Source: Podarcis vaucheri
Taxonomy: Eukaryota
DNA length: 64,000 nucleotides
Assembly: GCA_965113315.1 (NCBI GenBank)
Contig: OZ220365.1
Direction: 5' to 3' (one strand)
A program made the position numbers and the translations under genes. Below are positions 49,526 to 62,500 of the stretch, in pieces (the stretch's first letter is position 1; each line of letters starts with the position of its first letter). A model generated the notes under the pieces. It searched no databases and had not been told where the DNA came from. It was given only the letters and a program-made list of their open reading frames with translations.

Positions 49526-50914
49526 CCAATCTATGGCCTGTTAAATACGGGCAGAAAATGTGCTTTGGGGGAGTGGTGGAAGTGGGGTAGGACAAAAGAA
49601 GACTTATGCTTACACCAAACTCTGTTCCTCTTGTTCCTGAAACCCAGGAGAAATGACACCAGCAAAAAAGGCTAGTGTAAGTCAAACTCTGTTTTAAATG
49701 CTTTACCCCCCTCCATCAGCCGTGGACCGTCTCAACTAGCTATAACCCCACTTCTGAGTTTTGAATAGGAGTAAATTACACAGGCATAAATTACACTGGT
49801 TTCCTATAGTTTGAATTGCTCTGCCTATCCGCAATCTTTTCCTCATAGTAGCCCATCACATGTGTATCAGAAGTCTGCCAGCATCAGCCTGCTCTCTCTT
49901 CCTTCTGGTAGTTCTGAGATTGCAGATTTTGTCCCAATGGTCTCTTAGCATTTCATCTTTTTTCTTTTTTACTAATTCTTTTATTTTGCATTGTTGTTCT
50001 TTGGGTGTTTGAACTGCTGCGGTTTTTAATATTCTTTATTCTGAACGTACTGCCTTATTTTGCTTCATTCTGTGTTGGCATTTGTATTTTTTTCCAGAAT
50101 GCCTTTTTTGATAGAAAAGTAAGGTGTTTAATAATAAACTAAGCAAACAACATAGAGGCAGTTGTGGAAAGGCCAACAGAATGCAGAGAGAGAACACTGT
50201 ATGTGTTGACTTTTCACATGCTGTTCTTGGAGTGGTTTTTCAAGGATTTGCTGGAGGATTATCCAGGTAATAGCGGCAGCTCTGAAGCCTGCATAGGCAA
50301 ACATCCAAATTCAAAAGGGAGGGTTAGGGACCCTCTTTAGGGAGGAATCTTCCTGTTTGCTTCCAGTTTAGTGCTATAGCATTAAAGTTTAAATGTGTGA
50401 AAGCTGATGTCTGAATATGCCTTGTGTACTAGAAGTCCCAGAGAAGCCTCATGAGGAACTACAGTTAGTGGTTGTTGCGAAAAATCTAAAACACAGAGAA
50501 CATGAATAATCATCCTTCTGTAAAAGGCAGTCCAGGAATGCATTTCGGCACAGCAGAGATTGTTTTAATAACTTTGCTGTCAGTTTCAGAAAACCAGGGA
50601 CCTTTGTCAATCTGAGGTAAGCAACTCTCACAAGTCAGAACCTGCAGACACTGGTGTTAATTAATGACCCCCACCCCGGAAATTTCAGTCAATTTTGAAG
50701 GCATCCACTAATTTTTGCACATTAAACCATGGGGTAAAATGAACTGAAAATAATTCCAATATATTTCACATCTAGCAACCAATGTGCTCCTTTGGTCTCA
50801 GATAGCACATGGGTAGAACAGTCTAAAAAGCCCAGGACACAGATTTTCACAGCCCTCTAGCAGCTGGATGGTGGATCATTTACCAGAAGTAATGTATTTA
50901 GCATTAATTCTGGA

Positions 50915-51001
50915 AGTGTACACTTAATTCTGACCAAACTAAGCCTCCTAGAACAAAATATACATAAGAAGACTTAGTTTGGTCAGAATCGAGTATACAC
51001 T
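50915..51001. repeat. 87-bp hairpin (35-bp arms, 17-nt loop)
   Basis: AGTGTACACTTAATTCTGACCAAACTAAGCCTCCT / AGAAGACTTAGTTTGGTCAGAATCGAGTATACACT; 30 of 35 Watson-Crick pairs. Confidence 0.9.
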
Positions 51002-52226
51002 CAATTTAAACATATACTGATGATGATCTCCAACATTAGTCAAATGTGGAATAGACCCAATGAAATCAATAATGGACTTACGTTATTCACACCTTGATTT
51101 CAATGAGTCTGCTATGTTATGTTATGTTATGCATGGAAGGTGAAGCATAACAGGCCTTCAGTAATATTTCATTTTTCACATCTTTGTTAGGCTGCTTTTC
51201 ACAGCTATGCCCATTTCCTTTCTTACAGGGCACTTATCATACCTTTTAGTGAGAAAACTGCTGCTGTTTTGTTTACTTGTTCTCCTGTTGATCCATTTAG
51301 TCATTTCCCGCTGTACAATCCTCTCCTCTTATAACAGGCGTATTACTGAGAACCCATCTGTAAGCATAAAAACGTGATGACGAAAGATGTGAAGGGCGAA
51401 GAAGCTCAGTTTCACAGTTTTCAATTTTACCATTTCTAATTCAATTTATGAAGTACATTGACTCACAAGTGAATATTTCGTTCGACAAAGGTGACATGTA
51501 TGACAAGTTAATAAAATCAATTCAGAAATCAAGTTAATTAATTTCCAGTTCATAACGAACACAGTTCCAGTAAGTCCTCAAGCCACTAAAGGCATTTAAG
51601 CTTTTTCTCTGACACGGTTGTGCCATTATCCCCATGGAAACATTTGGAGTAACATTTTTAAAGTGTTTGTTTATTCCAAGAATTTATAAGCCTCTTTTCT
51701 CCAGAGGTCCCAGAGTAGTATACAACAATAGTAAAATGGTGTAATCAGTAGACAAATATCAATTAAAATCAAAATCATGATTTCAAATGTGTCTTGGTGT
51801 GGTAATATGCCCCCAAATAAAGTCACGTGTTGTCAGAAGAAGGGCACTTTATCTGTTTCTCTGGGTCAGATGTTGCTTTTAAAAAAACCACATGGGATAT
51901 TATTCACCCTGATGTATTAACAGTGCCTGGGGTAAAAAAAAGGGGGGGCACTTTGTAATATTATTTGTCTCCTGGAAAGGTTTTTGCTCCAGGCATTCTT
52001 TGGTTTGCAGAATGAAAACTGCAAATGGTATGTGACTGAAATGTGGAGATCTTGTTTGCTACAGATGACAATCAATTAGAAGGACTACACATTAGGTCTA
52101 CTTCTCTGTAAATTATGCAATGAAAAGTGCAGATTCCAAGGTGGACTTTCACCCCATTTGTCAATACTAGAAAATACATTTATTTATATATGTAAACACA
52201 CACAGGGAGGCTAGAACAGGCAACCA

Positions 52227-52271
52227 GGAAGGAAGGAAGGAAGGAAGGAAGGAAGGAAGGAAGGAAGGAAG
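52227..52271 (+). repeat. (GGAA)n microsatellite
   Basis: Direct tandem repeat. Confidence 0.97.
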
Positions 52272-53710
52272 ATGCTTAGTAGAATAGAATATAACCTAGT
52301 AACTGAAGAGATTGCTCAGGTTGCTAGCACATGTTGTGGAGACAGATTTCTGATGCTCAGCATGAGTATGCTGTGAGCCAAATAATCACACTGTTTATTG
52401 AAAACATCCATGGCATTTCAAATGTTGGGGTCTTTGAAACTCCGCAATCCAGCCCTGCAGTGATTTCTCTCATTTTAGAAAGAAGCAGGCACATAAATAC
52501 TGTTGAAACATATGGAGTCCTCTCAGAAACTTCCTGCCCCCTCCCATTTATTTCTTCCCTCCTGGCAGGAGAGCCGGCTTAGCTTGCTTTCCTGGTTCAA
52601 ATCCAGGAGTGAATCGCTTCTCAGACAGGACTGACGACACAGCTCATGCAAATTATGTTGCTAGGAGAAATGGATGATAAAGTCTGCTTTTCCAGGTGGG
52701 AAATGACAGTAGCAGAGCTCTCTGTATGGTCTTCTTTTGTATATATATTTTTAAAAGTGTCATTCAGAATAACTGAGATTTCTCTTTCTACCAATGTCCT
52801 TAGAGAGAGAGGACAAAAAGTGTGGCTACTGCCCATATGCAAATAAAGTCATTTATGACCTTGTACATTCAGCATTTGAGTGTTTTCTGTGTAGGACACC
52901 TTTGAAGAACAGGCAGTAGTATGCATCTGACAGTTCTAATACGAAAAACACTGTCTCGGTATTCCAAAGACTTTACTGGCTTCCTGTTGCTTTGCAGAAA
53001 GAATTTAGAGTGATGGTTTTGATCTCTGAATCCCTGTATGGTACACAGATCATTGTCTCCCTGCCCCAGTTTCTCCAGTCAAGAAATCCTCTCCACTTCT
53101 GGGTGGGGAAGAGTTGCGGTCAGTCCATGTGGCCACCCACTCCGTTCTGGGGGAGGCGGCACTGCGTCTCACATCATTTGGAGGTCCCAGACGCATCATA
53201 GCTCCGACCAACCAATCCGGCTGGCTAGGGTGTAAGGCCAGGAGCATTTAAGCCTCAGTGTGAATGGGTGCTCTTGGTAATGTGTTGAACTTTGACTTAG
53301 ACTGTTGTGTATTGCAGCTCATGAGACTTAGTGGGAAAGCTTGGAAGCAGACAAATTCTTTTCCTGCTTTTTCTCGTTTTCATTTACAATTTGAAACCAA
53401 CACTTGTTTATTTAAAACATTTTATACTGTGCATCATTGACACAGATTCCAAAGGTGGAATACAAAGGTACAGGTAATTAACTAACGTGGTTTCTATGTT
53501 ACAGATCAGACTGTGGGGGCTTCTAGAACCAGACAATTTAGCAGCATCCAATCATTGCTGTTCTGCTCTAAACTGCAAGTGAAATAGCAAGAGTGATGCT
53601 TTCAGAATTTTACCAATCTCTAGGCAGGGGGTAATACCCTCCTTTCCAGTCACAAATGTTACAGGGAGGTTATTTTTAGTGGGAAAGTGCTCAGCATTGA
53701 GGTATGGAAA

Positions 53711-53832
53711 CCCCTTACTTCTATGAGCTGGGTGTCCCCTTACTTCTATGAGCTGTGGGTGTGGGTGTGTGGGTGGGTAGGTGGGTGCATGTGTGTGTGT
53801 GTGTGTGTGTGTACACACACACACACACACAT
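53711..53832. repeat. Tandem duplication, G-tract cluster and (TG)n-TA-(CA)n palindrome
   Basis: CCCCTTACTTCTATGAGCTG twice (period 25); five GGG runs 53757-53785; perfect 38-bp palindrome 53794-53831. Confidence 0.9.
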
Positions 53833-54499
53833 CTTTTGTTCCTTTTCATGCTGCTAAAATTATAGGGGGGAAATGAATTCATTGCTGTATCTCGGCTATT
53901 GGCTAACATTTACTCTTAGAAATTTGGCAGATGTTAAAGTGAGATAAGGAGCAAAATGTAGCAATAAACATTTTGCCCCAAGGCACTATAATAGGGAGCA
54001 GGTGCACAAGAAGCATATGCTAAGCAGCAGAAGCCAGAGCACATAACTCTCTAGAGCCCTCTCAACCTGGGGAAATGCTTCAGCTGGGAATAAAGTGAAT
54101 TAGTAAATTACATTTATTTAAAACTTCTGCTTTGTTAAAACCAGGGTGGTTTCCAAAACATACAACTCACACACACACCACATAAAATATGAACTGGGTA
54201 TGATTCAACCAAAGTCACACACTTTGTGCAGTACAATATTAAGCATTTATTCTAAGAAGAAAGTTCAACCAAGGCAATTCTGTTATTATTATGTTTACAT
54301 GTTGGAAGCTGCTTTATAAGCGCATGGCCTTAAATAGCAACCTAAAAATTGTTCATATAAATAATACATGTCTAATCTGAAGTAAATCTCTACATTATTA
54401 TTATTTTTTTTTACTCCAAGGTAAGCGTGTATAGGACTTTAGTCTTATTCCCTACTGAATGTGCTTAAGAACAGACCCTAAAATATGGTGCTTTAAATC

Positions 54500-56170
54500 T
54501 ACATGAAACTGCTGAGTGGCAATCTGCTCTGTTGCCTCTTTCCATCAAAACCAGGTCAGGCAGTGATGGTGCTAGATTGGTGCCTAACCACTGTATTGGA
54601 CTAATTGAAGGCCAATAAGCTGAGCTTCAATCCAGATAAGCTTTTTTGGATGGAGTTGAATCCCATCCTGCAAATATGCACGTTTATAGTTTGCAGGTGC
54701 TCATTGGTTCATGTTTGACAGTAGAGGCATAAGTGGCCTGTCTTCTATCACTTTAATTTCGTAGCGCAAAGCCGGTCTGCCAGTTACAACTCTGCCTAGA
54801 CAGGGACAGCCTTCCATTTGTGATCCACAACCTGCTAACTTCTCCTTGGATTCCTGCCATGTGCTGTATGTGGAATTGTCTTTGAAAGTTCAGCAGATGG
54901 TGAAGATGGCTGAGAGAGCATTAATTGGGATGGGGCATTATGAACATATGCCAATGTGTCATCGCCTTCACTGTCTCCCAGTCCATCTCCAGGTCCAATT
55001 CAGAGCCTTGGTTTTAACTTCTGAAACAGCTGCAGAACCTGTGGCCCTCCCAGCGCTGTTGGATCCCAAATCTCTTCATCCCCGGCCAGCCCAGCAAATG
55101 GTGAAGGATAATGGGAGTTATAGTCCAGCAAAATCTGGAGGGCTAGAGGTTCCTCAGTACTGTTTTAATGTCGTTCATAATTTCTGAAGGATTGCCTCTT
55201 CTCTTATGCCTTTAGATAACTTGCTGAGGCACCTCTTCCTGGTGTCAGTGGCAAATGAGGCATGGTGGGTAGTTATGAGACAGACTTTTAGAATTTTAAA
55301 ACAAACAATCAAAACATTCCAGAGGTCACATCGAGAGAGATAAATACACAAATGAACTATGCCTCCTCATCACACATTTGGGAAAGAATACGTCTATGAG
55401 TGCCAGACATATAATATTTATTACAGCAGCAGACTTCCAAGGTTAACAACAACCATGTTTAAACCTTGACGATTCAGTGGCATGATATTTAAATAAAGAA
55501 AATCTGGACCATCAAGATAGAGTTCAGGATAACATACCTCTCCAAAAAGAAAAGTGAACAGAAGGTGGTCTAGGTCCTTCTGGTGAGGAATTAATGAAAG
55601 AAATGAAAGGAGAGCAGTTATTGTAAGATTTATCTCTGGCAATGTCGCTTCTGACTACTCTGTGATGTGTTAGTTTATCTACAAGTGCAACTTTCCAAAA
55701 CCAGTATTGCATAGTTAACAACACTAGAATGTGATAATCATCTGGGCTGCTTCCAGGAAATAGATTATTAACAGCTTAAAAAAATATCTTTATTCATTCC
55801 TTGAAGTAACAATAGCAAGGCCAAGCCTGGGTCTTTAACCACTATAACATTCAAGATTTTAGAAATTGTGTGGAACACAAAATCCCAAAACTTGCTTGTG
55901 ACCTGAGAGGGTCTTTTCACCTGCAGTCCTTAAACTGTGGAATGCCCTCCCCAGAGAGGTCCACCTGGCATCTACTTTAATGTCTTTTCAGCTGTGATAT
56001 ATTTTACTTCTTTCTTCACTTTACTTGTTTTAAAGTGCTAGTTTCATTTTTTAAAAACTGTTTTAGCTGCATTTAAACTGAGTTTTATGTAAAAACTGTG
56101 GTTTTTAACTTTGACATTGTTTTACCTTGTATTTAGGCTATCCATTATTGTAGAAAAGCTTCAAAACTGA
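54500..56170 (+). mobile_element. L2 LINE ORF2 3' region, degenerate, interrupted by a hAT MITE relic (~55027-55162) and an unrelated AT-rich insert (~55290-55895)
   Basis: AVMVLDWCLTTVLD*LKANKLSFNPDK; LDSCHVLY...HRLHCLPVHLQVQFRALVL; later KLWNALPRE. These match L2 RT C-terminal motifs. Confidence 0.8.
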
Positions 56171-56536
56171 AATTAATAGAACGCTGTGTGCTCCATTCAT
56201 TTCAGCGTGTGGCTTAACAGCAAAAAAAAAAAAAGTCCACGTGTCTACTCAGTCAGAAGTAAGAGACTCATTTAGCTAAATGGAACTTACTCTCAGGTGT
56301 ATAGGATTATAGACACTTGTTTACATCTCTCCCATTGGTCTCAGTAGAGCTTAAAAGTTGAGCTGAGGTGAATACCCACAGCTTTTCCTCTAGATCTGAA
56401 TACTAACCTGCAAACGTTGTATGAGTCACAGACTGATAATTGCTGGAGAACATCTTTTCTGTCCATGTGCCAAAACCTTGCAGCTTACAATACCCCCTTC
56501 CCATTGCAATTTTTCACAATCTCACAGTGTGGCTGC

Positions 56537-56625
56537 TAGGGCAGGGTGACATCTGGTTTTCGACATCACGATATAACACCAGCTAAATATCATAATATCA
56601 TGATATAGCACGATATATATCTACG
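56537..56625 (+). mobile_element. hAT-like terminal fragment with subterminal (C/T)GATAT repeats
   Basis: TAGGGCAGGGTGACAT followed by CACGATATA, ATATCAT, GATATAG, CACGATATA. Confidence 0.5.
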
Positions 56626-57370
56626 GCAGTGGAGGGCGAGGGCCTTAAAATGTAAGGCAAACTCCTCTTGGCACAATCATGAAAATTCCTCACCATGCTA
56701 GGGCAATTTCCCCCCAATAAGCATAGGTTAGCAAACTATTTTGCCTAAAATACACCTTTTTGCAGAGCATCGAAGGTTCAGTATTCTTTTTTCAGTATCA
56801 GGGGATGCAGGAAATCTAATGTCTGAGCATGAGGTTTTCAATAGTAAGTGGATACTGCAAATTATTTCACAAAGTTTTTCTGCCTTCGGAAAATGAGACC
56901 ACAACGATCATTATAATTAAGCCTGATTCTGCCAATGTGCATCCTGGGAATCACGCTGGCAAGTTGACCATTGCCTGGGGCCAAAGCGGATATATCTCTT
57001 GCTTCTTGAAGCCACAGATAATGTGCGTACACATCTTAAATTGTTATTTTTGAATTGTTTTCATGAATATGCTGGAGACCAAGCCTTTGTTTGTTCATGG
57101 ATTGGAATTACTCAATAATATTCCTGTTCCAGTGGCTGTTAATGGGGGTAGTTTGTTCTGCTTTCATGCTATTGTGTATTTATATTTATGGTTTTAACGT
57201 GCTGTGAGTCGCTCGGAAACCTTCAGGTAACAAGCAGCTAACAAATCAAAATTATCATCATCATCATTGAATTGCTAGCAGCAAGTGCAAATGTCCTCAT
57301 GGAAGCACCTTGAAAATCCTGATATGCTCCTGGAAATGAAGACATTTGATAAATACTACATATTAAAAAT

Positions 57371-57725
57371 GAGACGCGGGTGGCGCTGTGGGTAAAACCA
57401 CAGTGCCTAGGACTTGCCGATCGTATGGTCGGCGGTTCAAATCCCGGCAGCGGGGGGAGCTCCCGTCTTTCGGTCCCAGCTCCTGCCCACCTAGCAGTTC
57501 GAAAGCACCCTTAAGTGCAAGTAGATAAATAGGTACCGCTTTATAGCAGGAAGGTAAACGGCGTTCCGTGTGCTGCGCTGGCTCGCCAGAGCAGCGATGT
57601 CACACTGGCCACGTGACCCGGAAGTGTCTGCGGACAGCGCCGGCTCCCGGCCTCTAGAGTGAGATGAGCGCACAACCCTAGAGTCTGTCAAGACTGGCCC
57701 GTATGGGCAGGGGTACCTTTACCTT
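57371..57725 (+). mobile_element. Sauria SINE, full length, distinct CpG-rich subfamily
   Basis: 14-bp TSD TACATATTAAAAAT (57357-57370, 57726-57739); distinct 3' half GGAAGTGTCTGCGGACAGCGCCGG; TACCTTTACCTT tail. Confidence 0.95.
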
Positions 57726-57867
57726 TACATATTAAAAATACTATTATGTACAACTATTCCACCCACATGCTGGGTGCACAGAGCTTTTCACAAATATTTG
57801 TGGGTTGCACAGATGTATTTTGTTGGACCGCCATGACTCACAGAGGATTTATGCTGTATAACTGGCT

Positions 57868-57908
57868 TCTAACTAACTAACTAACTAACTAACTAGCTAG
57901 CTAGCTAG
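57868..57908 (+). repeat. Compound (CTAA)n(CTAG)n microsatellite
   Basis: Direct tandem repeat with unit switch. Confidence 0.93.
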
Positions 57909-59234
57909 TTAACTATACACACAGAGAAATAGACACACACACACACACACACCATTGGATTGTAAAAACAAACAAACAAACCTCAAAGTGTTTTACAAAC
58001 AGAAAAGAACAATAAAATTATCAGTAAAACAGCTGTTTAGAATATTCAAGTCATAATTAAAATTGACAAGCCTCCCCACTGCAGAAATCCAACCCACAAT
58101 GCACAGAGGGGGGAAAGCTGGAGACAGTGATGGGCAACGCCTGAAGTGAGCTGTTGTCTCTCTAATATCTCCTCAATAACATTTTCTCAACAACCAAGGA
58201 ACCAATCTGAGGGCAGGCCAAGGGGACTATTGTTCAGTCAGCGCCATTTGCTAAGAGACTGTATGCGTGTGTGCCCTAGGCATGCTCCGATAACTAGGAG
58301 CCATGCTCAAACAGGTAAGACATAATACAACACAAAGTTAGGCATATTTAAGCTCACTGAAATCAAGGGCCTCAGTTTGGTTGAAGTTTGCCACAAGTAG
58401 GCTCCGCTGAAACCGGGGGTGCAGTTTAGCCACAACTATCTTAAGCCCATTGCTTTCAGTGGAATGTAGTCAACTTAAATTAAGGACCAATGTGTTTAAG
58501 GCCCAAAGTAAAGGAAGATGCTGAGAAATCTCTCTGTGCAGTGGGACAGTTTGCATTCTTTAGAAAAGAACAGCTCATCTGTGCTGTTGTGGTTCACAAG
58601 CAGCTGCTTAAAATGCTTCTGAGTGTGTGGTCTAGGAGCGTAACTCTGTTTTTGTTTGTGGCTCTTGTTTGGGGGTGGGGAGAAAGTTTTTTTTAAAAAA
58701 AATCCCTGAAGATTTATGCCTGACAAAAAACCCTTAAGTAGAGTGAAAGCTCATAAAACATTTTAGGCAATGTCTAATGAAAGAAACTGACCTCTGTCCA
58801 GTTCTGATTGCATTTTGATGGGTGTCCCTATCTGTAGACGAGAGTGAGTTCCAGATTAGCACGACAGTGCATATTTGCTTTTAGGCCCACAACTGCACAT
58901 GCATGACCCTATTTTGCTTTGATTTTTTTTTTTTTACGTTGTAGATAACTTAACATTATCATCACATTTAATTAATAGCCCTTCTGATCCAGCAGCTTCT
59001 TGTGGGTGTGTGGGCCCCAAAGTGTACACAATCCTGTTCTGTATCTCTGTGTGTGCACAGCACTCTCTTGTGAAGAGGCTACAAAGGCTTCAGATTCAAT
59101 TCCTTATGGGGGAAAGGCTTCCATGCACATTATTTGCATGCCTTCCACTGAAATGAAGAAGCCTTGCGTGATCCTGTATCTGGAGCAGTTTGGTGGCCTT
59201 TTGAAAAGTTTGCTCTGGAGTGACTAATGGACTG

Positions 59235-59405
59235 GGGGCATAGCTTTACATAAAAAAAGAAAGATGTTAGGCTCCATCCCTATCATTTCCAGGCAGGGCA
59301 AGGAGAGACTCCTTCTTGAAACCCTGGAAAGCCGCTGTCAGTCAGTATCAAGTACTGAGCTTGATGGAGCACTGGCCTGACTCATGAGAAGGCAGCTTCC
59401 TATGT
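59235..59405 (+). mobile_element. Older squamate tRNA-derived SINE, degenerate
   Basis: GGGCATAGCT head; GAAACCCTGGAAAGCCGCTGTCAGTCAGT...GATGGA...AAGGCAGCTTCCTATGT tail shared with 19690-19803. Confidence 0.6.
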
Positions 59406-59534
59406 ACTCTGTGTCATGGAGGTGGTGGTGGTGATGATGATGATGATGATGATAAGCAAATGCCTCTTTGCCTCTTTCCTGAATTCCTGATGCTTTGCAC
59501 TTATAGCATAAGAGAAACAATTCTATCAGAAATA

Positions 59535-59754
59535 CAGTGGTACCTCGGGTTACAGACGCTTCAGGTTACAGACTCTACTAACCCAGAAATAGTACCTCGG
59601 GTTAAGAACTTTGCTTCAGGATGAGAACAGAAATCGTGCAGCAGCGGCGCAGTGGCAGCAGGAGGCCCCATTAGCTAAAGTGGTACCTCAGGTTAAGAAC
59701 AGTTTCAGGTTAACAATCCAGAACTAATTAAGTTCTTAACCCAAGGTACCACTG
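59535..59754 (+). mobile_element. Tc1/mariner (pogo/Tigger-like) MITE, copy 3
   Basis: TA|CAGTGGTACCTCGGGTTA ... TAACCCAAGGTACCACTG|TA. Confidence 0.92.
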
Positions 59755-61647
59755 TAGTTTCAAAAGATTCTACCACCAACCCCATTATCAGCTGTCATCT
59801 TTTTTGTGTGACATCTTCTGTTTTGCACAGTTTGGTGTGTTCTGGTAGGCTTCGGCCTGCCTTCAGGAGGAGTAATGGAAGTGGTTTGAAACTGCAAAGG
59901 GATCACCATGCAGTTGCAGCAAAAACTACTTTTACTGTATTGTACTTCATCAGGATTTCATTATAGAGTCTCCTTCTCCTCTTCCCCGCTCCCTTTCTAT
60001 TTTTCAATGTGTTTTGTTTTTTTTAAAGGGAAATTTACCCAGCAAAATTCTTGCTGTCAAATCAATGTTCTTAAATAAAAGCGTTTAATTTATCACTCCC
60101 CCCCCCCAAAAAAAAAAGACAGTCGTTGTGGAAAATCCATTGAGTTCTTTCGTTTGCCAGAAATGATAGGTCAAACAAGAGGAAACGTTTATTTTCACAT
60201 GCCACTTGTTATTGTTGCTTTTATAGGTCAGGGAATTATAAATGGCTTTAAGTGCTTTGCAATACCAGCCTTTCTTCCTACACGGGCCTTTTCAGGGGAG
60301 AGGGCTGGGTGTGTTAGAAATAACACATTTATGTTTATCAGCACCAGTTTTATCATCTGCGTCTGATCCGGTTGACTTGAGCTGCCTATAGATTTTTATG
60401 GCTGTGATTACCTAGCTGATTTTATTACTGTGTTTTAATGGTCTAAATTTGCTTACTGGGTAATATAAATCCTGAAACGGCATAACAAATGCCAATCAGA
60501 GAAAAATATGGCTCTTTTCCCCGTGCGACTACTTAATGGAGACATTTAGAGCTACTTTGCTTTCTGTGATGTGATTGGCTGCATTTCCTTCCCTGAGCCT
60601 TTCCCCTTGGTACTTTCTATCTCCCCCTTTGGTCTTTAGCAAGTTCTCCATGTCCCCTTGATTTGTCTGCTCTCTGGCTGCCATTCCTTGCACCCAAACG
60701 CTCTAGCATAACCTGAGTGTCAAGCCCCATAAAAACGGATGAACCTCATTCAAGCAGGACTTCTGTGTGTGCCTAGGAGTGGAATTAAGGTTCTGCACCC
60801 AGGCTTAGGGTACAGACCTGCCACCATTTCTACTTAGCTTATCCACTTATTTGAGTAGGTTGAAACGTGTATAGACAAGGGCGGCTGTAGATTAAAACAC
60901 ACACCTCCCAAATGGCAAGCATGTTTTGTGAAATACACTAGCAATTCCTTGGGCTTCTGTAAACTGAAGTGAAAATGTGAACTGTTTTCTTCCTTCACTC
61001 TGATTTGGCATTCCTACATCACCATGTCTCCAAACCTGTTTTGCTGCATCATGATCTGACACCATCATGATGCATTTGTGATCTCTGATTACCTGGAGTC
61101 ACTTCAGGTAGGAATTTATGAAATATGTGTTGCATATCAAGAGAAAGTAGCCACTGTGCACAGGTCCTATGGATGTGGGCAGTATATTCCCACCCACCCC
61201 CCCTACACAGAATGGTTACAAACTTGTCAAATTGACTCTACTTAATACAGAATTCAGGCTTGAGGAACATCTTGCTAAGTTCAGTAATGTGCTCCACCTC
61301 ACAGGGTGAAGAGATACATCCAGGCTAAGCAACTGATAAGAATATCAGACATGTTCATATAGTATGTCTGCTATATATCCTAGGAAGCTGAATCTGTCTT
61401 CTATACTAGAGCTGAGACAAATTTTCTCTGGAGGCTTTTTTCTAAGACAACCTCGCTTCCCTGCCACCACCACTCTCACCTGCCAAAAAGAAGACCACTT
61501 TACATTATATCCCCTGAATATTCACTACACTCTCTCTCTATATATATACACACAAATACACACACACACACACACACATATATGTATACCATATTTTTCC
61601 ATTTATTGGACGAGGTTTTTTGTCTCAAAAATCATGTCAAAAAACTA

Positions 61648-61800
61648 AGAGAAATTGATGAACTATACGGAACTGGCGAAATTGACCTGCAAATTATGAG
61701 ACAAGGACAACCGTGACTTTAAAGAAGAATGGGAACCTTTTACAAATTATTTAAAAAGACAACAAAATGAACTGGACTCCTTGGAAGGTTTTGAATAAAC
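61648..61800 (+). mobile_element. L1-clade LINE ORF2 extreme C-terminus
   Basis: KLMNYTELAKLTCKL*DKDNRDFKEEWEPFTNYLKRQQNELDSLEGFE* matches the L1 C-terminal E..KL......F...W.PF..YL pattern. Confidence 0.78.
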
Positions 61801-62453
61801 ATACACACATTTATTGAGGGTTAACATAAGTGGAAAACCAAAAAACCCAAATCCTTAGGGAAGAAATAAAGAAGCTGTTCCACTGTTTGTAGGGAGCCCT
61901 GCCTCCAATAAATTATTGAAGACTTTCTCCGCATCCAGAATAAATCTGGTGAAAATGGACCACCAGTTTTTTGGTCTGCAAACAAGATGGAGTACAGTTT
62001 GATTACTTTTATTATTATCATTATCATTATTATTATTATTTTACAGTGGAGAAGCAGAATCTAACTAAGTCTACAGAACAATACTGTAATGGAACAAATG
62101 CAAAAGTAATAAACACGATGGGGGACGGAATTAAACTATAGAGATTTTCATCTTATTTTGGTAACATTTATGTCTATAAAGCAGGAAAGAATAAAACCAG
62201 CAACTCAGATTGTATTTCTAAGAAGCAAGCTGCTATTGTTTCATTTCATTCACCTCTTCCAAAAGTAACGGTGTTCTATCATGCAAAGGTATATATCAAC
62301 CAAAATGTTTAACATACTCGAAACCTGACATATGTAATATACTATCGAAATGCAATAAAGGTGAAGTGTACAATCTAGCAGAAGTTAAATGTCTGAAACC
62401 CCAGTTGATGTCAACAGGCAAGTCAAGGACATGCATACACTTCTTCCAGATGA

Positions 62454-62500
62454 CTAAAAAATGTGTGACTTTGACTGGATCTTGCTCAAAGTTTTGCAAT
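62454..62500 (-). CDS. Candidate terminal coding exon of an unidentified host gene (xCKTLSKIQSKSHIF*)
   Basis: Strong acceptor TTCTCCTATTTTATGTTTTTGTTTCTAG|AT in unique sequence; peptide not recognised; frame is uncertain. Confidence 0.25.

Noticed and set aside
59338-59520. Poly-His ORF and similar HT, CV, YLSI, ER and poly-F ORFs elsewhere
   Set aside because: Translations of microsatellites.
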